Origin: Ignavibacteriota bacterium
GTDB taxonomy: Bacteria; Bacteroidota; Ignavibacteria; Tepidaquicellales; Tepidaquicellaceae
Direction: 5' to 3'
DNA length: 64,000 nt
Assembly (NCBI GenBank): GCA_026390755.1
Contig: JAPLFI010000202.1
Coordinates: 999 to 64,998, forward strand
Part shown: piece after piece, positions 1-9,519 of the stretch
How the letters are laid out: every line of letters begins with the position of its first letter
Position numbering within the stretch: position 1 is the first letter of the stretch
Position numbers and translations under genes: made by a program
The notes under the pieces: generated by a model
Seen by the model: the letters and a program-made list of their open reading frames with translations, nothing else
Told to the model about the DNA's origin: nothing
Databases searched by the model: none

Positions 1-1
1 C

Positions 2-568
2 ATTCAGTACGGATGCTCGGCATACGATGCCATGAAAAACGCACAAAGACTGCAGTTTAAACTCGGCAGTGTAAGCGGTTTATCAGTCGGCGGCGTTGAT
101 TTAAGCAAAGTCAGCAGTTTATCAAACATCAATCCGCTGGATATGCTGAAGCTTACTTCTTCTTTCGCATCGGGAAAATTACCCGCATCATTCACACTCA
201 ATGTTCTTGCGAAAAATCCGAATGACGGAACGGGAGGAACAACGAGCGCCTCTGCTACTATAAAGAGTCTCGACTGGAGACTATTGATTGATAACAAAGA
301 AACCATAGGCGGCAGTATCTCAAATCCAATTGAAATACCCGGAATCGGGCAGACAACCACTATCCCCGTAGCCATATCGCTCGATTTGCTTGAATTCTTT
401 AAAAATGAGGGTATTACTAACCTGATAGGTATGGCAACAGGTTTCGGCGGCTCTTCGGGATCGCCGGCAAGACTTACACTGAAAATCAAACCTACAATAG
501 ATACATTCCTCGGCGGAATTTCCCCGGGCGAAATAAGCGTAATTGATAAAGAATTCAGAAGTCAGTAG
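2..568 (+). CDS. LEA type-2-like (WHy/LEA14-like) putative lipoprotein; 5' end probably outside the window
   Basis: The frame stays open from the window edge. Codons upstream of the first Met at 32 read ..IQYGCSAY, a possible lipobox Cys. The Gly/Ser/Thr-rich, beta-type sequence resembles bacterial LEA_2 lipoproteins. Assigned by eye only. Confidence 0.4.
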   Translation: MQYGCSAYDAMKNAQRLQFKLGSVSGLSVGGVDLSKVSSLSNINPLDMLKLTSSFASGKLPASFTLNVLAKNPNDGTGGTTSASATIKSLDWRLLIDNKETIGGSISNPIEIPGIGQTTTIPVAISLDLLEFFKNEGITNLIGMATGFGGSSGSPARLTLKIKPTIDTFLGGISPGEISVIDKEFRSQ

Positions 569-695
569 CATAGAATAAAAGACGATTATACCGTTTTATT
601 CACGTCGGAAGCGGTTTTAAAGGTTTCTAATTACATTGTAATTGCAATATGGATTAGATAACTTAAAAATTATATTAAAATATTCATATTAATAA

Positions 696-1958
696 TTGGA
701 CACAAACATTAAAAGTTTAGAAAATTGCAAAAGGGAACTTGAAGCAACGCTTGATTATCATGAACTTATACCTCATTTTGAAAAGGCGCTTGCCGAGCAT
801 AAAAAAAGCGTAACTATTCCGGGTTTCAGAAAAGGCAAAGCCCCGATACAGATGATAAAGAAAATGTACGGAGACGCAATCGAATATCGCGCTCTTGAAG
901 ATATTGCTTCCGACGTATTCAGGAATTACATCGTAGAGAACAATATACCGATGATAGGTTTGGGCTCAATAACCGATATGGACTATAAACCCAAGGAAAA
1001 AATGACATTTAAAGTTGAATTTGAAATTAAGCCGGATGTTCAGCTTGAAAGTTATAAGGGCATTGAACTCACTAAGGTGAAATACATCATTGACGATTCA
1101 CTGGTTGATGAAGAACTGCAGTATCTGAAATTCAAAAACGCCTCATTTGAGCTTGACGGAGAAGCGCTTGACAAGGAATATATGGTCACCGTGGATACGA
1201 GTGACCTTGATGAGGAAGGGAATGTTATTGAGGGTAAAGATGAAACCGGACTTCGTTTTTATCTCGGAAGTCCCCATCTTTCTGTTGAGTACGCGGAAGC
1301 GTTTAAAAACATTAAAGAGAATGAAGAAAAAATCGTTGATACCAAAGATAAACAGGGTGAGGCGCGGAAAGTTAAGCTGAAATGTGTTAAAGCCGAGAAG
1401 ATAATCTATCCCGATATGAATGAAGAAACTTTTAAGAAATTCACCGGTAAAGACGATATCAAATCAGAAGAAGATTTGAGGACTTATTTGAGAGATGAGA
1501 TTTCCAAGGCATACGATAACATTACCGAACAGAACATAAGAAATAAGGCTGTACAGGAAATCGTTAAACTGAATGATGTAACCGTGCCTGACGGGTACGT
1601 TGACGCCATACTTAAGGGTTCTTTAGAAGATTATAAAAAACAACACTCAGGGCATAAACACGATACCGTGCTTGATGAAGAAGCATTTATGAACCGGAAC
1701 CGCGCCGAAGCTGTCTTCAGCGGGAAATGGTTTCTGATAAAGGAAAAACTTATTGAGATTGAAAAAATCGAAGTAAATGACGAAGATATCAGAAAATTTG
1801 CGGAAGAGAACGCTAAATTGTACGACATACCAGCAGAGAAATTATTTGAAATTTACACCGGAAATGAAGAGATAAAGAAGTCTGTACTTGACAACAAAGT
1901 TATTGATTGTATCATTGAAAATGCCAATATCACAGAAACAGAAGAAATAAAAAAATAG
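696..1958 (+). CDS. tig: Trigger factor
   Basis: 420 aa. The N-terminus has the ribosome-binding signature ..TIPGFRKGKAP... It sits directly upstream of clpP, the classic arrangement. The first codon is TTG. Confidence 0.9.
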   Translation: MDTNIKSLENCKRELEATLDYHELIPHFEKALAEHKKSVTIPGFRKGKAPIQMIKKMYGDAIEYRALEDIASDVFRNYIVENNIPMIGLGSITDMDYKPKEKMTFKVEFEIKPDVQLESYKGIELTKVKYIIDDSLVDEELQYLKFKNASFELDGEALDKEYMVTVDTSDLDEEGNVIEGKDETGLRFYLGSPHLSVEYAEAFKNIKENEEKIVDTKDKQGEARKVKLKCVKAEKIIYPDMNEETFKKFTGKDDIKSEEDLRTYLRDEISKAYDNITEQNIRNKAVQEIVKLNDVTVPDGYVDAILKGSLEDYKKQHSGHKHDTVLDEEAFMNRNRAEAVFSGKWFLIKEKLIEIEKIEVNDEDIRKFAEENAKLYDIPAEKLFEIYTGNEEIKKSVLDNKVIDCIIENANITETEEIKK

Positions 1959-1996
1959 ATAACAGAAAAAGCCAAAAATTAAAAATTGAGTAGTAT

Positions 1997-2677
1997 ATGG
2001 ATTTTACGAGTATAATAAAATCACGTGAAAAAGAAATAGCCGCAGGTCTTGATAAAGCTTCCGGTATGAGGAATCAGCTCGTACCGATAGTAGTTGAATC
2101 AACATCAAGAGGGGAGAGGGCTTATGATATATATTCAAGACTGCTTAAAGAGAGATTAATTTTTCTCGGTACGCCTATCTTTGATGAAATTGCTTCACTT
2201 CTTGTGGCTCAGCTGCTTTTTCTGGAGTATGAAGATCCTGATAAGGATATTATGCTGTATATCAATTCTCCGGGCGGTAGTATATCAGCGGGTCTCGCAA
2301 TATATGACACTATGAATTATATCCGCTGTGATGTCTCTACTACATGTGTCGGTATGGCGGCATCAATGGGTCAGATTCTTTTAACCGCCGGCGCCGCCGG
2401 CAAGCGTATTGCTTTGCCTAATTCGAAAATAATGATGCACCAGCCTCTTGGAGGTACACAGGGTCAGGCAACCGATATTGAAATCTATACAAAAGAAATG
2501 CTCAGGACACGGGATACTATTTACAGTATAATATCAAAGCATACGGGAAAATCTGTTGAACAAATTGCTAAAGATGCTGACAGGGATAACTATATGACTG
2601 CCGCAGAAGCTAAAGAATACGGGCTTATAGATTCAATATTGACAAAGCGCGAACAGTCCGATAAAAAAGAAAAATAA
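1997..2677 (+). CDS. clpP: ATP-dependent Clp protease proteolytic subunit
   Basis: Contains [21 protein letters not shown], the catalytic Ser context GMAASMG and the His context MMHQPLGG. The true start may be the internal Met at 2066 ([11 protein letters not shown]). Confidence 0.95.
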   Translation: MDFTSIIKSREKEIAAGLDKASGMRNQLVPIVVESTSRGERAYDIYSRLLKERLIFLGTPIFDEIASLLVAQLLFLEYEDPDKDIMLYINSPGGSISAGLAIYDTMNYIRCDVSTTCVGMAASMGQILLTAGAAGKRIALPNSKIMMHQPLGGTQGQATDIEIYTKEMLRTRDTIYSIISKHTGKSVEQIAKDADRDNYMTAAEAKEYGLIDSILTKREQSDKKEK

Positions 2678-2764
2678 AAGTAATTAACTTTTTAGAAAGG
2701 GTTTAGCAGGTGTAATCTGAAATACACTGTGTTTTTTAAATTTTAAATATCAGGAGGATCATCC

Positions 2765-3679
2765 ATGAAAAGAACATTTTGCATCATGGACAAAAAAATA
2801 GTCGAAACCGGTAATCCTGATGATCCGGTGCTGTTTTTTATTAACCCTGACGCCGAAGAAAAACATTATCTTACAGAACAGCTTAAAATTGACGAGCATA
2901 CGCTGGCTTCTTCTTTAGACCCCGACGAGCTCTCAAGGCTTGAGTTTGAACCCGACCATCTGGCTCTCATAATAAAAAGGCCTAAAAATTATTCGAACTC
3001 TGAGACTTTAAGTTTTAAGATTGCATCAAAAGGACTTTTTTTATTCAAAGATAAACTTGTAATCGTACTTTCAGACGATATTAACATTTTTGAAGGCAAG
3101 CAATTTACCAAAGTAACTTCACTGACTGACCTGACTCTGAGAATTATTTTCAGGTCTATACTTCATTACCTCGAGCATTTGAAAATCTTTAATATGATTG
3201 TCGAGGAACTCGAGAAGAAAATTAACACATCTATGGAGAATAAGTATCTGATTAACCTGTTTACACTCGAAAAAAGTCTGGTATATTATCTCAATTCCAT
3301 AAACTCTAATTCCCTCGTATTCGAGAAAATGAAATATTACTCCGCAAAAATAGGATTTACCCCTGAGGAACTTGAATTTCTTGATGACATAATAATCGAA
3401 AATACGCAGTGTCACATGCAGTCGGATATTTATTCAAGTATTCTTGCCAGTATGATGGACGCCCGCGCGTCAATTGTGAGTAATAATATCAATTTACTGA
3501 TGAAGACGCTGAATATTATCACAATCGGAATAATGGGACCGACACTGATAGTAAGTATTTTTTCAATGAATGTGGGAATCCCTCTGGCAGGACATCCGCT
3601 TGCTTTCTGGATTATACTCTCGCTGGCAGCAGTTTCAGTAATTACGGTTGTGTTTTTTTGGAAAAAATTTAAATGGTAA
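2765..3679 (+). CDS. corA: CorA-family divalent cation transporter (variant SMN pore motif)
   Basis: 304 aa. CorA-like soluble N-domain followed by two C-terminal TM helices. The loop reads FSMNVGIP where CorA normally has YGMNF. AGGAGG Shine-Dalgarno at 2753. The internal Met at 2786 is also a possible start. Confidence 0.75.
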   Translation: MKRTFCIMDKKIVETGNPDDPVLFFINPDAEEKHYLTEQLKIDEHTLASSLDPDELSRLEFEPDHLALIIKRPKNYSNSETLSFKIASKGLFLFKDKLVIVLSDDINIFEGKQFTKVTSLTDLTLRIIFRSILHYLEHLKIFNMIVEELEKKINTSMENKYLINLFTLEKSLVYYLNSINSNSLVFEKMKYYSAKIGFTPEELEFLDDIIIENTQCHMQSDIYSSILASMMDARASIVSNNINLLMKTLNIITIGIMGPTLIVSIFSMNVGIPLAGHPLAFWIILSLAAVSVITVVFFWKKFKW

Positions 3680-3702
3680 CGAACTATCCCGCGAATATAA
3701 AA

Positions 3703-3735
3703 AGAGCCATACACGGAATGTATGGCTCTTTTTTA
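3703..3735. terminator. Bidirectional rho-independent terminator between convergent corA and pyrB
   Basis: Perfect 11-bp stem AGAGCCATACA / TGTATGGCTCT with loop CGGAA. Flanked by an A-run on one side and a T-run on the other. Confidence 0.7.
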
Positions 3736-3755
3736 AAAAACTGAACTGAATTATT

Positions 3756-4838
3756 TCAGGCGTCAAGTATAACTTTATCCGATCCGAAAAGATATGCTAT
3801 AAGCGCCGTTCGGATCCACATACCGTTTCGTTCCTGTCTCCAGTACATTGCCCTCGGGTCATCGTCAACTGCGGTTTCAATTTCCTGCCTGCGCGGCAGA
3901 GGGTGCATGATTATCGCGCTCTTTTTCATGATTTTCAAATGCTCTTTTGTAAGATGGAATTTGCTGTAATCAATTTCTTTTGATTCGTTGTTAATGTCAT
4001 ATTCATCCTGAATTCTGGTCATGTAAACAGCATCTGCCAGTCTGAGAGATTTTGTCAGGTTTGCCGTTTCCTCGTAAGGCATCTTATGTTTTTTCAGAAA
4101 TGATTTTATATCATCTCCGATTCCGAGATATTCCGGTGAAACGTAAATAAGTCTTATGCCTTTATAGTGCTTTAATAAGTAAGTCAGCGAGCGTACAGTT
4201 CTTCCCCGGCGCAAATCCCCCGCCATAACGATAGTTTTATTTTGAATACCTCCTGTCTTGCTGAATGAGAGAAACAAAGTGTAAAGGTCGAGAAGCGCCT
4301 GTGTCGGGTGCTGGTCTTTTCCGGAACCTCCGTTAACAACGCTTATCGGACGTTTTGTTTTATTCAGCATCCATGCGGCTTTTTCAGCCATGCCTTCCTC
4401 AAAATGCCTCATAATAATCATATCCGCATAAGAACTGAATGTCCTGATTGTATCCTCTGCGGATTCTCCTTTCAGCTCTGAAGATGTTGAAGTAGAGCGG
4501 ATTTCGCTGACCTTCATCCCGAGTATATGGCAGGCGCTCTGAAATGATACAAATGTCCTTGTTGATGGCTGTACAAAATAAAGCATTGCTCTTTTATGTG
4601 ACAATAAAGTCTGAAGCCAGTCGAGCCCTTCTTTATTTTTTGCGATTTTTCTTATCTTATCGGCTGTATTGAATAAAGTATCTATAATTTTCGGCGTAAA
4701 CTGCTGTGAAAACAAACAGTCAAAAAGATGTCCGTCTTTTTCAAAGTGTTTAAGTTTGTTAATCATCGGAGTGTTGTGAAACTCATCCCATGAAAGCTTT
4801 TTTAAATCCTGATAGTTTTTTATTTGTGACTTTGCCAT
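3756..4838 (-). CDS. pyrB: Aspartate carbamoyltransferase catalytic chain (long form, about 45-aa N-terminal extension)
   Basis: STRTFVSF (carbamoyl-P site), MRH, HPTQALLDLYT, GDLRRGRTVRSL, YMTRIQDE and HPLPR all line up with E. coli PyrB. Confidence 0.8.
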   Translation of the reverse strand: MAKSQIKNYQDLKKLSWDEFHNTPMINKLKHFEKDGHLFDCLFSQQFTPKIIDTLFNTADKIRKIAKNKEGLDWLQTLLSHKRAMLYFVQPSTRTFVSFQSACHILGMKVSEIRSTSTSSELKGESAEDTIRTFSSYADMIIMRHFEEGMAEKAAWMLNKTKRPISVVNGGSGKDQHPTQALLDLYTLFLSFSKTGGIQNKTIVMAGDLRRGRTVRSLTYLLKHYKGIRLIYVSPEYLGIGDDIKSFLKKHKMPYEETANLTKSLRLADAVYMTRIQDEYDINNESKEIDYSKFHLTKEHLKIMKKSAIIMHPLPRRQEIETAVDDDPRAMYWRQERNGMWIRTALIAYLFGSDKVILDA

Positions 4839-4846
4839 TATATTAT

Positions 4847-5773
4847 TTATTTTGCCATTAAAAGTTTCATTATTGCTTTTTGTGTATGAAGCCTGTTTTC
4901 TGCCTGGTCGAATACTATCGAATTAGGACCGTCAACTACTTCATCGGTGATTTCCTCGCCTCTGTGTGCAGGGAGGCAGTGCATTACAAGTACATCCGGC
5001 TTTGCCTTTTTCATAAGCTCTCCGTTCAGCTGGAATTCTTTAAGATCTTTGATTCGTTTCTGGTTTTCTTCTTCCTGTCCCATACTGACCCAAACGTCCG
5101 TGTAAATGATATCGGCATTTTTAATGGCATCGTATGCGTTATCGGTCGGAGTGATAATTGAGCCTGTAGTTTTTGCAACATCTTTAGCTTCGGTAATAAC
5201 CGATTCGAGAGGACGGTATCCCTCAGGTGAGGCATAATTTATGTTCATACCGACTTTTACGCAAGATTGCACAAGCGAATGAAGGACGTTATTCCCGTCG
5301 CCAATATATGCCATGGTTAATCCTTTCAGCTTTCCTTTATGCTCATATACGGTGAAAATATCGCATAGAGCCTGACACGGGTGGTCGTAATCAGTTAAAC
5401 CGTTAATAACGGGTATTGATGCGTATTTTGCAAGATCCAGCACCGTCTGATGTGCGAAAGTTCTTGCCATAATACCGTTTACATATCTGGATAAAACCTT
5501 GGCAGTGTCATGGATTGTTTCACCGCGTCCTATCTGCAGGTCACGTGAAGAAAAATACATTCCAAGACCGCCAAGCTGATACATACCGACTTCGAAAGAA
5601 ACTCTTGTACGGGTTGACGATTTTTCGAATATCATCGCAAGAGTTTGTCCCGCCAGCACATTAATATTTCGCGGACACTTTTTTAATCTTTCAGTTTCAG
5701 TGAGAATAAGTTCCACTTCTTCAATTGAGAGCAGACTTACGGATATTAAATCTTTTTTTGATAATGTTGTCAT
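4847..5773 (-). CDS. argF: Ornithine carbamoyltransferase
   Basis: STRTRVSFE, HPCQALCD, DVWVSMG (SMG loop) and HCLPAHRGEE. Confidence 0.9.
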   Translation of the reverse strand: MTTLSKKDLISVSLLSIEEVELILTETERLKKCPRNINVLAGQTLAMIFEKSSTRTRVSFEVGMYQLGGLGMYFSSRDLQIGRGETIHDTAKVLSRYVNGIMARTFAHQTVLDLAKYASIPVINGLTDYDHPCQALCDIFTVYEHKGKLKGLTMAYIGDGNNVLHSLVQSCVKVGMNINYASPEGYRPLESVITEAKDVAKTTGSIITPTDNAYDAIKNADIIYTDVWVSMGQEEENQKRIKDLKEFQLNGELMKKAKPDVLVMHCLPAHRGEEITDEVVDGPNSIVFDQAENRLHTQKAIMKLLMAK

Positions 5774-5830
5774 AACATATTTATTTAATTAGTAGTTATT
5801 ATTTAGCATATAAAGTAATTTATACGATAG

Positions 5831-6787
5831 TTAAAGGTGAATCAATGTACCGGCTTTATTTTCAAGAGCTGTGCTTAATTTATCAATACGGGTTATAATC
5901 GCATTATTTCCCGTATTCAGAACAAATTCGATTCCCGAGAGAACTTTTGGTCCCATACTGCCGGCTGAAAAATGTCCCTGATCAAAATAAGTCATAGCTT
6001 CGTCGAGATTCATATCGCGAAGGTCTATTTGATTTGGTTTCTTGAAATTAATATAGCAATTTTCGACATTAGTAAGAATTACGAGCAAATCTGCCCGCAA
6101 ATCAATTGCGAGTTGAGAAGATGCGAGATCTTTATCAATAACTGCCTCGACACCGGAAATTTCGCCTTTATCGTTATAATAAACGGGAATACCGCCGCCG
6201 CCTACACAGATTACGGCATAACCATAGCTTAAGAGGTTACTTATAATGTTTGTTTGTATCACTTTTATCGGTTTTGGTGAAGCTACAACTCTTCTGTATC
6301 CTTTTCCGGCCGGATCTTCATGAAATGTCCAGTTTTTAGTCTTAAGAATTTCTCTTGTCTGCTCGAGCGAGTAGTATGGTCCTACAGGTTTCGAAAGTTC
6401 AGAAAATGCAGGATCATTCTCATCAACAAGGACTTCCGTCAGTAATGTCAGCGTGCTTTTCTTAATATTGTGTTTTTCGAATGAATTCTGCAGGGCTTTC
6501 TGGAGTATATAGCCGATTTCACCCTGAGTTTCAGCCACACAAACGTCAAGCGGCATCGGGGGTACTTTAGATGCTCCTTCTTCATTTTGTATCAGAAGAT
6601 TACCGACCTGAGGACCGTTGCCGTGAGTTAATATTACATCATATTTATCCGATTGAAACAGAGGAATTAATTGTTCGGCAGTTAAAGCCGCGGCGGCTTC
6701 TCTTTCTTCTATCGTTCCTTTCGATTTTGAATCAAGAAGAGCATTTCCGCCGAGCGCTATAACAAGTATTTTTTTGCTTTTATCCAT
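5831..6787 (-). CDS. arcC: Carbamate kinase
   Basis: 318 aa. N-terminal ILVIALGGNALL, then HGNGPQVG and an amino-acid-kinase fold pattern. Directly upstream of argF. Confidence 0.9.
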   Translation of the reverse strand: MDKSKKILVIALGGNALLDSKSKGTIEEREAAAALTAEQLIPLFQSDKYDVILTHGNGPQVGNLLIQNEEGASKVPPMPLDVCVAETQGEIGYILQKALQNSFEKHNIKKSTLTLLTEVLVDENDPAFSELSKPVGPYYSLEQTREILKTKNWTFHEDPAGKGYRRVVASPKPIKVIQTNIISNLLSYGYAVICVGGGGIPVYYNDKGEISGVEAVIDKDLASSQLAIDLRADLLVILTNVENCYINFKKPNQIDLRDMNLDEAMTYFDQGHFSAGSMGPKVLSGIEFVLNTGNNAIITRIDKLSTALENKAGTLIHL

Positions 6788-6974
6788 AACATTGAAAATA
6801 TGAATTTCAAAATACCTATTTTTAACTCTATTCTCAATCCGTTATGGTATCCGTTTTTGTGATTGATTGAAACGTTATAAGTATATATCTTCGGGAAAAT
6901 TGTTATTTGGAAATATTTGGAACACAATTTCATTAGTTATTGTATAAATATATATAAATAAATATCTTCTGTAT

Positions 6975-7823
6975 ATGAACGAAAGAAAATACAAATATTC
7001 TGTTTCTTTATTAACTTTTTCCGTGCTGTTATTCGGTCTGATTTCATTATCGGTTTTTTACAGCTGCGGAGCCAACATATTTTCAGAATCACAGGATGTC
7101 GAACTTGGACAGCAGCTCGATAAAGAAATAAAATCTAATCCTCGGGAATATCCTATGCTTCAGGGAAATCAGGAAATAAAGGATTACGTTAGCGGTATCG
7201 GGAAATATATAATAAACAGTTCTCCCAAAATTGAACGGAAAAATATTTTTCCTTATAATTTTCAGGTAATAAACGATTCAGTCATAAACGCATTTTGCAC
7301 TCCCGGCGGTTATATTTATGTTTACACCGGTCTGATGAAGTTTATTGACAATGAAGCTACACTTGCCGGAGTAATTGCGCATGAAATTGCTCACGCCGAA
7401 AGAAGGCACATGACTCAAAGGCTCACGTCTTATTACGGTGTAAGTATGATTCTGAGTCTGGTTCTGGGTAATAATCCGAGTGCCTACGCAGAGATAGCCG
7501 CAAATCTTTTTGTCGGACTCGGATTTCTTGCCAATAGCCGTTCCGACGAGATTGAAGCGGATAATTATTCCATAGCATATCTGAAAACATCAAAATATTA
7601 TCCAGGAGCGATTATGTTCTTTTTTGACAATATATTAGCAGAACAAAAACTCAAAGGAAATGCACCCGGCGGGGGACTCGACAGACTTCTATCCACACAT
7701 CCTCTCCCGCAGGACAGAATAGATAATGTGCGTGAAATTATGACGGGATTAAAAGATAAAGATTCCTTAAAAGGATTATACGCTGATGAATACAGAATTT
7801 TCAAATCAAAATTACCGAAGTAA
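6975..7823 (+). CDS. M48-family zinc metalloprotease, putative lipoprotein
   Basis: HEIAHAERRH (HExxH). Signal peptide with Cys (SVFYSCG). Confidence 0.8.
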   Translation: MNERKYKYSVSLLTFSVLLFGLISLSVFYSCGANIFSESQDVELGQQLDKEIKSNPREYPMLQGNQEIKDYVSGIGKYIINSSPKIERKNIFPYNFQVINDSVINAFCTPGGYIYVYTGLMKFIDNEATLAGVIAHEIAHAERRHMTQRLTSYYGVSMILSLVLGNNPSAYAEIAANLFVGLGFLANSRSDEIEADNYSIAYLKTSKYYPGAIMFFFDNILAEQKLKGNAPGGGLDRLLSTHPLPQDRIDNVREIMTGLKDKDSLKGLYADEYRIFKSKLPK

Positions 7824-7840
7824 AACTCAAAAATATTTTA

Positions 7841-8356
7841 ATGAAAACTTTAATAATTGTGATCTCACTTCTCATTGCCGTTAATATGTCATTAGCGCAG
7901 AAAAAAGAAATAATTGACGATAATTACAAGTTTCAGATTTCGCTTCCCGCCGACTGGAAAGAAAGAATCCACGAAGAAACCAAGAATAAAGACGCGATTT
8001 CCTATACTTTTGACAGAAAAGATAAAAAGCTCTCAATGCTGATTATAGCTTTCAAACTTGATGCAGTTAAGGATATTAATGATCTCATATATATGATTGA
8101 GAAGGATATAAACCTCAATATACCTTCCCGTACCGGTGAATATTCCGATATACAGGGGGAAAAGTTCAAAGGAAAAATCGGTGAATACAAGGATATGGAT
8201 TTCACTGAGACAATTTATTACATCGGAACTATAAATACTGAAACGACGGAGAATTACGCTTATATGATACGGTTTATCTGCGACAGTAAGTTCAATAATC
8301 CGACAGTAAAAAACGATATTACTTCAATCATAGAGAGTTTTAAAATAAATCTGTAA
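7841..8356 (+). CDS. Secreted hypothetical protein
   Basis: Cleavable signal peptide (..AVNMSLAQ). No motif I recognise. Codirectional with the M48 protease, 17 bp away. Confidence 0.5.
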   Translation: MKTLIIVISLLIAVNMSLAQKKEIIDDNYKFQISLPADWKERIHEETKNKDAISYTFDRKDKKLSMLIIAFKLDAVKDINDLIYMIEKDINLNIPSRTGEYSDIQGEKFKGKIGEYKDMDFTETIYYIGTINTETTENYAYMIRFICDSKFNNPTVKNDITSIIESFKINL

Positions 8357-8374
8357 ATCACACAGAGTGTAAAA

Positions 8375-9013
8375 TCATAAGAACGGATTTTCGCTCTTTT
8401 CATGCCCGATTGTTGTTTCTTCCATGTGTCCGGGATATATTATGTAATCATCTTTACACGCGGTAAATAATTTTCCTTTTATCGAATTAATCAGTATATC
8501 TGAATTTCCGCCCGGTAAATCTGTTCTGCCGATTGATTCCCTGAATATCGAATCCCCGCTGAAAACGATTTTGTTTTTATGGTCAATCAGGCAGATACCT
8601 CCGGGAGAATGTCCCGGTGTGTGAAGTACGGCAAGAGTCGAATCACCTGCCGGAATTACTGAATTATCGTCCAAATATCCGTCGGGCTCGGGTAAATTTT
8701 CGATATCAATTCCGAAATAAACGCCCTGTTCTTTCACGCTCTCCAGAAGAAATCTGTCCTCTTTGTGCAAATAAAGATGAACATTAAACAGATCCTTTGC
8801 GAATGCATTGCCGAGGACATGGTCAATATGTCCGTGTGTATTAATTACGGCGGTAATTGTTATTCCATTATCCGTGATGTATTTTCTCAAACAGCTTTTT
8901 TCAGCTTCCGAGTAAACACCCGGATCAATGATGACCCCATTCCCTGAAGTTTCGTCGAAATATATATAACAATTCATTTGGAATGGATTTACGATAAACC
9001 TTTTAATTCTCAT
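8375..9013 (-). CDS. MBL-fold metallo-hydrolase (glyoxalase II-like)
   Basis: THGHIDHV motif, then HTPGHSPG and a later D/H ligand. Confidence 0.85.
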   Translation of the reverse strand: MRIKRFIVNPFQMNCYIYFDETSGNGVIIDPGVYSEAEKSCLRKYITDNGITITAVINTHGHIDHVLGNAFAKDLFNVHLYLHKEDRFLLESVKEQGVYFGIDIENLPEPDGYLDDNSVIPAGDSTLAVLHTPGHSPGGICLIDHKNKIVFSGDSIFRESIGRTDLPGGNSDILINSIKGKLFTACKDDYIIYPGHMEETTIGHEKSENPFL

Positions 9014-9067
9014 TTAGTTAATTGATTTTACTTTTTACAATAAATAACTTAACACTTTAATATATAA

Positions 9068-9517
9068 TTGGATAACACAGGTAAAATTAAAGTAATTGGA
9101 ACAAATCGGAAAGCTAATTTCCTGTACGAATTATTTACACGGTATGAAGCCGGATTGTCACTTCTGGGAACGGAAGTAAAATCATTACGCGAGTCGAAAA
9201 TAAATTTAACGGAAGCTTACGCGAAGTTCATCGGAAGTGAATTGTGGTTAATCAACTGTCATATAAGCCAGTATAAGTTCGGTAATATTAACAATCACGA
9301 TCCGCTCCGCAGCAGAAAACTTCTTCTGAATAAGCGCGAACTGCGAAAGATAAAATCTCTTCTGGAAGAAAAAGGGCTGACAATGGTGCCGGTGAAAGTG
9401 TATTTCAAAGGCGCGAAAATTAAAATTGAGATTGCAAGCGGGCGGGGTAAAAAGCTATACGATAAAAGAGAATCTTTGAAGAAACGTGATACGGAAAGAA
9501 AATTAAAGAATATTTGA
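9068..9517 (+). CDS. smpB: SsrA-binding protein
   Basis: 149 aa. NRKANFLYEL..EAGLSLLGTEVKSLR and a basic C-terminal tail. TTG start. Confidence 0.95.
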   Translation: MDNTGKIKVIGTNRKANFLYELFTRYEAGLSLLGTEVKSLRESKINLTEAYAKFIGSELWLINCHISQYKFGNINNHDPLRSRKLLLNKRELRKIKSLLEEKGLTMVPVKVYFKGAKIKIEIASGRGKKLYDKRESLKKRDTERKLKNI

Positions 9518-9519
9518 AA

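Noticed and set aside
3880-3905. CCTGCCTGCGCGGCAGAGG, which resembles the GC-rich hairpin core of the repeat family
   Set aside because: It lies inside pyrB, where it encodes the conserved HPLPRRQE motif on the minus strand. None of the flanking repeat modules is present, so the resemblance is coincidental.
6801-6814. TGAATTTCAAAATA upstream of arcC as a possible ARG box
   Set aside because: Only a partial match to the TNTGAATWWWWATTCANW consensus, and there is no second tandem box.
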